Shown here piece by piece: positions 39,288 to 46,426 of a stretch of 64,000 nt of DNA. A program made the translations under genes and the position numbers. Position 1 is the stretch's first letter. Every line of letters begins with the position of its first letter. Source of the stretch: a virus (Duplodnaviria; Heunggongvirae; Uroviricota; Caudoviricetes). The notes below the pieces were generated by a model. The model ran no database searches and had not been told where the DNA came from. It saw only the letters and a list, made by a program, of their open reading frames with translations. The stretch is taken from the IMG/VR virus record IMGVR_UViG_3300029548_000183. One strand, given 5' to 3'.

Positions 39288-39502
39288 AGTTAAAGAAAAG
39301 CAAATGTCTGCTGATATGCAGATTAGATTGTGCCACTCATTCCATCAGAAGTTAAAAGAAGACGAAATGTCTACCATCATGTAGATCATAACAAGTAGCA
39401 TATCCCAATATACAGTAAAAGGAAGTAAAATGTCTGCCATTATGTAGATATGGTGTGATTACTCTGGATTTCAATGAGAAAAAATTCTGCTGTTGATGAA
39501 AT
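39288..39502 (+). CRISPR. mini CRISPR array: 3 Cas12a-type repeats plus a degenerate terminal repeat, 3 spacers of 26-27 nt
   Basis: Period of 63 nt. Repeats of ~36 nt end in AATGTCTGCTGATATGCAGAT, AATGTCTACCATCATGTAGAT and AATGTCTGCCATTATGTAGAT (Cas12a-like UCUAC-loop-GUAGAU hairpin). A 4th copy at 39470-39502 is degenerate. Confidence 0.75.
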
Positions 39503-39628
39503 ATATTCCGTAAGCTTGTAAAATCATGAAAAGAAAAAATTATTCAAAAACTAAATAGAGTCAGTTAATCTGGCTCTTTTCTTTTTGTAGAATGCAAAAA
39601 TTGAGATAACAAACAAAATGGTATAATA

Positions 39629-39726
39629 AAAAATAAAAAAAGTAATGTCTGCTGTTATGCAGATTCAGTGTGTGTAATAGGACAAACTATATTAAAAGAA
39701 AACAAAATGTCTGCTATTGCGTAGAT
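39629..39726 (+). CRISPR. second mini-array: 2 repeats, 1 spacer (26 nt), with its own promoter-like and terminator sequences
   Basis: Repeats end GTAATGTCTGCTGTTATGCAGAT and AAAATGTCTGCTATTGCGTAGAT. TTGAGA-N15-TATAAT lies upstream (39601-39627). A hairpin plus T-run lies downstream (39740-39766). A separate terminator at 39558-39596 divides it from array 1. Confidence 0.65.
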
Positions 39727-39833
39727 ATAATAAGTAAAAATTGGAGTCAAAAGTAGACTCCTTTTTTTGTACAAAAATAAACAAGGAAACAACCATATTA
39801 AGTATAAGAAAACAATGAAAGAAGGAAGAAAAG

Positions 39834-40691
39834 ATGCTTAACTTAAATTCTTTATACAATGGGGATTGCCTTGAAGTAATGAATCAGATTGATGACAAAT
39901 CAATTGACTTAATATGTACTGACCTGCCTTATGGACAAACAGCAAGAAATAAATGGGATACTGTCATTCCCTTTTGTGATTATGTGAAAATAAAAGGAAA
40001 TACATACTATGAAAATGATGTATTTAAAATTAGTGGTGTGCTTAATAAGAATATGGAATACACAAAAAAATGGTTTGATGAAAACAAAAAGACAGGACTA
40101 TGGACTCATTATAAACGTATCATTAAGGACAATGGAGCAATTGTTTTGTTTGCAAATGGTATGTTTACGGCTGACTTAATGAAAAGCAATGAGAAAATGT
40201 GGAGGTATAATCTTGTATGGCAAAAAACGCAGCCAACAGGTCATTTAAATGCAAAAAGAATGCCATTACGTTCACATGAAGACATATGTGTTTTCTACAA
40301 AAAACTTCCAACATATAATCCACAAAAAACAACAGGACATAAAAGAAAAGTATCAACAGCAAAAAACAAAATGAACTGTAAGAAAACATTAAATTATGGT
40401 GAATATAATCTGACATCATATGATAGCACGGAAAGATACCCAACCTCAGTATGGACTTTTTCAAAGGACATACAAAAATCAGCAATACATCCGACACAAA
40501 AACCAGTTGCCTTAATTGAGAAAATAATAAAAACATATTCAAATGAAAATGAAATTGTTCTTGATTCCTGTGCCGGAAGCATGACAACTACGATTGCCAG
40601 CATTAACACACACAGGCAGTACATATGCATTGAAAAAGACAAGGATATTTTTGAATCTGGAAAGGAAAGAGTACAAAAAGCAAAAAAATAA
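39834..40691 (+). CDS. DNA methyltransferase (N6-adenine/N4-cytosine, beta class), orphan
   Basis: Motif IV DLICTDLPYG precedes motif I DSCAGSMTT; no adjacent restriction endonuclease. Confidence 0.8.
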   Translation: MLNLNSLYNGDCLEVMNQIDDKSIDLICTDLPYGQTARNKWDTVIPFCDYVKIKGNTYYENDVFKISGVLNKNMEYTKKWFDENKKTGLWTHYKRIIKDNGAIVLFANGMFTADLMKSNEKMWRYNLVWQKTQPTGHLNAKRMPLRSHEDICVFYKKLPTYNPQKTTGHKRKVSTAKNKMNCKKTLNYGEYNLTSYDSTERYPTSVWTFSKDIQKSAIHPTQKPVALIEKIIKTYSNENEIVLDSCAGSMTTTIASINTHRQYICIEKDKDIFESGKERVQKAKK

Positions 40692-40786
40692 TAAAAAAAA
40701 ATTGTAAAAAATACAAGAAATTTTATTTTCATAAAATTTTCAACCATATTAGTAATGAAACAAATGATAATAGGAGGATTAATTTT

Positions 40787-41497
40787 ATGGAAAAGAAAAA
40801 ATTTGACTTGAAAAACTTATCAGACAAGGATCTTGATAACATGTCAAAAGAAGAACGTGATGAGTTGGTTGATCAGTTATTTAAAGAGATGAGAGTTCAT
40901 TTAAGAATGGTAAAAATTAAATTTTTCATATCAATATTTCTTATATTTATGATGCCAATGGTTGTATTTATGTTGTTTGATAATTTAAAAGATAATTTCT
41001 CAAAACCATACCTATATACTATTGAATCATCAGTAAAAGAGGTTAAGGTTGAAGAGAAGGATACCCTCACAACAGATGATAAGTCATCTCATGTTCTTAT
41101 AATTAATGGAAGTAATGTTACAATCTCTGATGATGATTACAAAAAATATTTTGGAAATGGTTTAAGTACAATTAAGTTAAAGGAGAAAAAAATAACCATT
41201 TATGAAGATGGAAATGACATTCAGTATGAGAAAACTTACACTACATGTCCCTGGGAAAAGGAAAAAAGCCTGAGTGAAAAAGATGTGGACAAGATTCTTA
41301 AAAATTTCTCATCAACGGGAAATGATAAAAATAAAGAGTTTGAAGAAACTTTATTATCTGTATATGACAGAGGAAAGGATTCAAGCTCAGTTAAGAATGT
41401 AACAAAAAGCAGTTTAAAATACTGTCCAACATCAATAGCAAGTTGCCTTGATATGGTGGAAATGTTAATAATAATTCTGATTTTCCTAAAATTTTAA
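40787..41497 (+). CDS. hypothetical membrane protein
   Basis: RBS TAGGAGGAT; N- and C-terminal TM helices. Confidence 0.5.
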   Translation: MEKKKFDLKNLSDKDLDNMSKEERDELVDQLFKEMRVHLRMVKIKFFISIFLIFMMPMVVFMLFDNLKDNFSKPYLYTIESSVKEVKVEEKDTLTTDDKSSHVLIINGSNVTISDDDYKKYFGNGLSTIKLKEKKITIYEDGNDIQYEKTYTTCPWEKEKSLSEKDVDKILKNFSSTGNDKNKEFEETLLSVYDRGKDSSSVKNVTKSSLKYCPTSIASCLDMVEMLIIILIFLKF

Positions 41498-41616
41498 AAA
41501 TCATTAAAGAGTCTCAAAAATTTTAAAGTGTATGGGCAACCATATTATGAATACAGAAAGATTTGAGGCTTTTTATATTAAAGAAAATAAAAAACTGGTC
41601 AAAAAAAAAGCCAAAA

Positions 41617-42215
41617 ACCCACTTGCAAAAATCTGGGTATTTTGGAATTTGGTATCATAGTTCTTGTCAAGAGGACAAAACAAACATAATGATGTCATAA
41701 ATCTTTCTCTTACAAAATGAGGAATCATTGTATAGACAAGCCACAATAAAGAAGTCTTATCCCCCTAGTGACTCACAACTGTGGTGTTGGTTCATCCCAA
41801 CTGATTCCACTTGGCAATGATTTTTGCCAAAATAATACTTCTGTCGTAAGAAGTACTCCTTATTTATTGATCATTTCTCCATGGTTAGAAGGCTGTGGAG
41901 AAGAATGCTCTACAAAAAAGTTTGTATCAGGAAAAATCAACATTGTTTTCCTGTTGCAATAAATACAAGAGGAATATTTTTTTTCGAAATGTGTTCATAT
42001 ACTACATTTTTTGTAGCTTGCGTTTGCAACTGTTGTACCTCTTGGGCAGTTGCATCATAGAATCATTGCCTTGGGCATGCCATATGTTGAAATATAATAT
42101 CCTATCCCCCCATTTTTTTTCAATGTATGGTGCCGGCTCATCCCGGCTGATTCTACTTGGCAAGATGAATTGCCAATTTTTTTTAATCTTTTTCACTCAC
42201 ATCCTTTGGGGTGTG
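41617..42215 (+). ncRNA. candidate large structured non-coding RNA immediately upstream of the tRNA (paralog of 6191-6620)
   Basis: ~600 nt without an ORF. Contains two copies of a module: a 5-bp stem with a YTCATC loop (GTTGG..CCAAC / GCCGG..CCGGC, compensatory changes), then TGATTCYACTTGGCAA-N6-TTGCCAA plus a T-run. Shares further blocks with 6191-6620. Confidence 0.3.
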
Positions 42216-42221
42216 GGGCTT

Positions 42222-42295
42222 GGATCATTAGCTCAGCAGGTTGGAGCGGTTGTCTCATAAGCAACAGGTGGTAGGTTCGACTCCTACATGATCCA
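42222..42295 (+). tRNA. tRNA with anticodon CAU (elongator Met or lysidine-dependent Ile2 type)
   Basis: Cloverleaf folded by hand. Acceptor GGATCAT/ATGATCC with 7 Watson-Crick pairs; D-arm GCTC-AGCAGGTTG-GAGC; anticodon arm GTTGT-CTCATAA-GCAAC; T-arm GTAGG-TTCGACT-CCTAC; discriminator A; no encoded CCA. The paired 1-72 position argues against an initiator. Confidence 0.85.
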
Positions 42296-42504
42296 TTAAA
42301 AAAGGAATATTATTCCTTTTTTTTTGCTCTTTTTCTCTGATTAAACAAAAAAGAGTATACAGCCATATTATAAGTGAAGGGCAAAAAGTCCTTCTTCTAA
42401 GTATTACAAATTTTAAATTCAAAAGAAAGGAGGATCAGGGATTAAACTGAATATCAATATTCTACCCATCTGTTATTCTCACAGATGGGTCCCTGTTTTT
42501 ACGA

Positions 42505-43419
42505 ATGTTTTTATTTTTCATTGTGATTGCATTGGGAATTGCAGTTGTTTCAACATGTGTAAAGATTGTGCCACAGGCTCATTCTTACATAATTGAAAGA
42601 TTGGGAGTGTATCAACAGACATGGCCAGTTGGCATACATTTCAAAATTCCATTTTTGGACAGAGTGGCAAGAAAGGTTAATTTAAAGGAGCAGGTTGCAG
42701 ATTTTGACCCACAGCCTGTTATTACAAGAGATAATGTAACAATGCAAATTGATACAATTATTTTTTATCAGATTACGGATCCAAAACTTTATGCTTATGG
42801 CGTTGAAAATCCAATTTTGGCAATTAAGTCATTGACTGCAACAACACTCAGAAACATAGTAGGCGACTTGGAACTTGATGAAACTCTTACTTCAAGAGAA
42901 ACAATCAATGCCAAGATGCGCACAGAACTTGACGTAGCGACTGATCCTTGGGGAATAAAGGTCAACAGGGTAGAACTTAAAAACATCATTCCACCAAGAG
43001 ACATTCAGGAAGCAATGGAAAAGCAGATGAGAGCTGAACGAGAAAAACGTGAACAAATTCTTAGAGCAGAAGGTGAAAAGAAATCCGCAGTTCTCATTGC
43101 AGAAGGAAAGAAGGAAGCTGCAATTCTTAATGCAGAAGCAGATAATAAGGCTGCTGTTCTTAAAGCTGATGCTGAAAAGAAAAAACGAATTCTTGAAGCT
43201 GAAGGTGAGGCACAGGCCATTCTTAGTGTTCAGAAGGCAACGGCAGATGGAATTAAGGTGATTAAGGAAGCAGGAGCAGATGATGCAGTTCTTACACTTA
43301 AGAGTTTAGAAGCTTTTGTGGCTGCAGCTGATGGTCAGGCTACAAAGATTATCATTCCATCAGAAATCCAGGGAATTGCCGGTTCAGTAAAGGCTTTGGC
43401 AGAAACAATCAAGGATTAA
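42505..43419 (+). CDS. SPFH-domain protein (stomatin/QmcA-like)
   Basis: N-terminal TM. IVPQAHSYIIERLGVYQQTWPVGIHFKIPFLDRV matches the stomatin-type SPFH core. No clear RBS before ATG 42505, so the start is uncertain. Confidence 0.8.
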   Translation: MFLFFIVIALGIAVVSTCVKIVPQAHSYIIERLGVYQQTWPVGIHFKIPFLDRVARKVNLKEQVADFDPQPVITRDNVTMQIDTIIFYQITDPKLYAYGVENPILAIKSLTATTLRNIVGDLELDETLTSRETINAKMRTELDVATDPWGIKVNRVELKNIIPPRDIQEAMEKQMRAEREKREQILRAEGEKKSAVLIAEGKKEAAILNAEADNKAAVLKADAEKKKRILEAEGEAQAILSVQKATADGIKVIKEAGADDAVLTLKSLEAFVAAADGQATKIIIPSEIQGIAGSVKALAETIKD

Positions 43420-43585
43420 AGAAGTTAGGGCAAATGCTTTTTAACACGCCGTGAGCAAGAAATCCCCCACCTCTACAGGTGGTGGAATGAATTGCGATAA
43501 ACACGGCATTTTATTGACTTTTGCATCTCATAGTATTATAATCATAGTGTAATCAGTCGTAAACGTTGTAAAGGTTATAAATTAT

Positions 43586-44002
43586 ATGAAATTAGATAAT
43601 AATAATCATTCGGTATTCATGCTCCATTATCACCTTATTATGTGCATTAAATATCGTAATAAAGTTATAGATGATAAAATCTCAAACCGTCTCAAAGAAA
43701 TATTTGAGAAGATAGCTCCTTCCTATAACATCACGTTAGAGGAATGGAATCACGACATAGACCATGTACATATACTATTTCGAGGACAGCCCAATACGGA
43801 AATAAGTAAATTTATCAATGCTTATAAATCTGCAAGCAGTAGACTTATCAAAAAAGAATATCCTCAGATACGTAAATATCTCTGGAAAGAGATGTTCTGG
43901 TCACAGAGCTTTTGTCTGTTAACCACGGGCGGTACTACGGTAGATATTATTAAGCAATATATCCAATCTCAAGGTAAGAAAGATGGCAAACAGAGCAATT
44001 AA
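43586..44002 (+). CDS. tnpA: IS200/IS605 family transposase TnpA (HUH Y1)
   Basis: HYHLIMC..YRNKV.. and ..HDIDHVHILFRGQP.. (HuH motif), ..ASSRLIKKEYP..LWKEMFWSQSFCLLTTGG.. over 138 aa. Confidence 0.85.
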   Translation: MKLDNNNHSVFMLHYHLIMCIKYRNKVIDDKISNRLKEIFEKIAPSYNITLEEWNHDIDHVHILFRGQPNTEISKFINAYKSASSRLIKKEYPQIRKYLWKEMFWSQSFCLLTTGGTTVDIIKQYIQSQGKKDGKQSN

Positions 44003-45128
44003 GTACAGAGCATATCCTACAACTAAACAATCTGTCATGTTTGCTAAGACCTTTGGCTGTTGTCGTAAGGTCTATAATCTCATGCTTTCAGATAAGATTG
44101 AAGGCTACAAGGCTACTGGTGAGTTTCCTACTGTTACACCTGCTAAGTATAAGAACGATTATCCTTATCTTAGAGAAGTAGACAGCCTTGCTCTTGCCAA
44201 TAAGCAGATGGACTTACAGGAGGCTTTTCGTAATACATTTAGTAAATCTCGTAAGAAGAAAAACGGTTTTCCTAAATTCAAGTCTGCCAAACATAGTCGT
44301 AAGTCCTATACTACAAACAATCAAAAAGGCACAGTTGCTATCATAGATAACAAATGTATTAAGCTCCCTAAGATTGGAAAGGTAAAAGCTGTTATCCATC
44401 GTGTGCCTGACGATAGTTGGACAATTAAATCGGCTACCGTATCACAGGAATCTGACGGCAAATATTATATCTCCGTACTCTTTGAGTTTGAGAATACCGT
44501 AAATCCTTATGTAGCCGATAAAACTAATGCCATCGGGTTAGATTATGCTTCCGACGGCTTATACGTAGATAGTAATGGCAATACAGGTACTAATCATAAG
44601 TATTATCGTGAGAGCCACAACAAGCTTGCTAAGGCTCAGCGTAAGCTATCACGTATGCAAGGCTCTAAGAAACACGAGGTTAAGTCCAATAATTATATAA
44701 AGCAACTCCGTAAAGTGAATAAGATACATAGGCATATCGCTAATCAGCGTTTGGATAACCTGCATAAGATATCTACTGAGATAGCCAATCAGTATGATGT
44801 TGTTTGTGTAGAATCCCTAAATATGAAAGTTATGTCAAATAAAGGTTTTGGTAATGGCAAAGCTACTCTTGATAACGGATATGGCATGCTCCTGTCTATG
44901 CTTGAATACAAGTTATCTGACAGGAATAAGTATCTCATCAAGGTAGACAAGTGGTTCCCGTCATCACAGATATGTCATTGTTGTGGTATGCTACATCCTG
45001 AAATGAAGAATTTAGCCATCCGTAAAATGACATGTAATTGTGGTCTTACAATAAGCCGTGACCAGAACGCTGCTATCAATATCCTAAAGGAAGGATTACG
45101 ACTACTGACTGAAGTAGCCCGAAACTAA
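43983..45128 (+). CDS. tnpB: TnpB (IS605 OrfB) RuvC-like RNA-guided nuclease family protein
   Basis: C-terminal zinc finger ICHCCGM..CNCG, followed by ISRDQNAAINILKEG (RuvC-III). Start overlaps the end of tnpA. Confidence 0.85.
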   Translation: MANRAIKYRAYPTTKQSVMFAKTFGCCRKVYNLMLSDKIEGYKATGEFPTVTPAKYKNDYPYLREVDSLALANKQMDLQEAFRNTFSKSRKKKNGFPKFKSAKHSRKSYTTNNQKGTVAIIDNKCIKLPKIGKVKAVIHRVPDDSWTIKSATVSQESDGKYYISVLFEFENTVNPYVADKTNAIGLDYASDGLYVDSNGNTGTNHKYYRESHNKLAKAQRKLSRMQGSKKHEVKSNNYIKQLRKVNKIHRHIANQRLDNLHKISTEIANQYDVVCVESLNMKVMSNKGFGNGKATLDNGYGMLLSMLEYKLSDRNKYLIKVDKWFPSSQICHCCGMLHPEMKNLAIRKMTCNCGLTISRDQNAAINILKEGLRLLTEVARN

Positions 45129-45295
45129 ATATGACAGTAGGGATGGAATAGCCCAAACTTATACGCCTGTGGACACTGTGTAAGACGAGCCGTTACGTAT
45201 CATTGTAGCCAGTGCAGTAGTGGTTGAAGCAGGAAGCTCCGACTTCTATAAGTCAGAGTAGTTCACATGTATGTGCATTAATAATAGATGTAATT
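45129..45295 (+). ncRNA. probable omega-RNA / right-end region of the IS605 element
   Basis: GC-rich structured segment directly 3' of tnpB, as is typical for TnpB guide RNAs; boundaries not determinable by eye. Confidence 0.35.
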
Positions 45296-45321
45296 TTCTT
45301 TGTCAAAATGTTATAAAAATC

Positions 45322-45350
45322 TGAGTCACTTTTTAGTGGCTCTTTTCTTT
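45322..45350 (+). terminator. intrinsic terminator (AGAGTCAC family), probably the original terminator of the SPFH cassette
   Basis: TGAGTCACTTTTTAGTGGCTCT followed by TTTCTTTT. Confidence 0.55.
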
Positions 45351-45401
45351 TGTGCCAACAACCATATTACAGGTATGAAACAAAAGAAAGGGGGAAGACT
45401 T

Positions 45402-45944
45402 ATGACAAAATTAGAGTTTGATAATAAAAGATTTTCTGAAATAATAACATCCAATAATTTAAATACAAAAGAATTGGCAAAAAGCCTTGGCATATCTGAA
45501 ACAACAGTGTTTAACTGGATGAGAGGAGATGCCATTCCATCCAATGGATATGTTGAAAAGATTAATAAAGTAATAGGTGTGGAACTGTTTTATAAAACAA
45601 AGTCTGATAAAAAGACAAAATATAAAAATGATAAAACAGTAGTGAATGGCATAAAGTTTGATTCTGTTAAGGAAGCAAAACGATATTCAGAATTAAAGAT
45701 TCTTGAAAAAATGGGAGAAATCACTGACCTTCAGATGCAGGTTAAATATGTATTAATTCCTTCCCAAAAGGATGAAAAAGGAAAATGCATTGAAAGAGAA
45801 TGCTCTTACCTTGCTGATTTTGTATATAAAAATAAAGAAGGGAAGATGGTGGTTGAAGACACAAAGGGTATCAGAACAACAACATACATCATAAAAAGAA
45901 AATTGATGCTATATGTTCACCATATAAAAATAATAGAAATTTAA
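45402..45944 (+). CDS. HTH (XRE-like) DNA-binding protein with C-terminal DUF1064-like domain
   Basis: LAKSLGISETTVFNWMRG helix-turn-helix. C-terminal ..NGIKFDSVKEAKRYSEL..YLADFVY.. RBS AAAGGGGGAAGA before ATG 45402. Confidence 0.5.
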   Translation: MTKLEFDNKRFSEIITSNNLNTKELAKSLGISETTVFNWMRGDAIPSNGYVEKINKVIGVELFYKTKSDKKTKYKNDKTVVNGIKFDSVKEAKRYSELKILEKMGEITDLQMQVKYVLIPSQKDEKGKCIERECSYLADFVYKNKEGKMVVEDTKGIRTTTYIIKRKLMLYVHHIKIIEI

Positions 45945-46039
45945 AAATATTGAAAAAAAGGGGCAAAAACTCACTTGCGAAAATTTTCTTCAAAATTGAT
46001 GTGCTATAATAAAGAAAAAAGAAATAGGAGGAATTAAAA

Positions 46040-46204
46040 ATGAAAAAGGATACAAAGTATTATGAAGATTTAGCAAAAAACATTGATCAGGAGGCAATAC
46101 TTAAAAACTTTATGAATAAGCCACTTACAGAAGAAGAACAGAAGTCAGTTAATATGGCAAAAGAGCTTGATGAGACTGTAAGAGAAATAAAGGCAAAAAA
46201 ATAA
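46040..46204 (+). CDS. small hypothetical protein (54 aa)
   Basis: RBS TAGGAGGAATTAAAA before ATG. Confidence 0.3.
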   Translation: MKKDTKYYEDLAKNIDQEAILKNFMNKPLTEEEQKSVNMAKELDETVREIKAKK

Positions 46205-46426
46205 TTGCAAAAATGCAGAAATAATTGCAAAAAAAAGGGGCTGTAAGTTTACAGCTCTTTTTTTAACATAAAAAACAAGGCAATAACCATATTAAAAAAG
46301 AAGAAAATTGAAAGGAGGAAAAATATTATGCAGACAAAAGATGCAGAAATTAGAAGAATAGAAAATTTCTTTAAAAAAGATAAGAAAAATAAAAAAAAGA
46401 AAAAGTAGTGGAAAGGAAGTACTAAA

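Larger units (their letters stand above)
43425..45295 (+). mobile_element. IS200/IS605-family insertion sequence (tnpA + tnpB), ends approximate
   Basis: GC content visibly above the flanks. A subterminal palindrome CCCCCACCTCTACAGGTGGTGG sits near the left end. The element lies between the SPFH stop codon and the AGAGTCAC-family terminator at 45322. Confidence 0.75.

Noticed and set aside
42222-42295. Initiator tRNA-fMet assignment for the CAU tRNA
   Set aside because: Position 1-72 is a G-C pair, and the anticodon stem lacks three consecutive G-C pairs; both argue for elongator Met or Ile2 type
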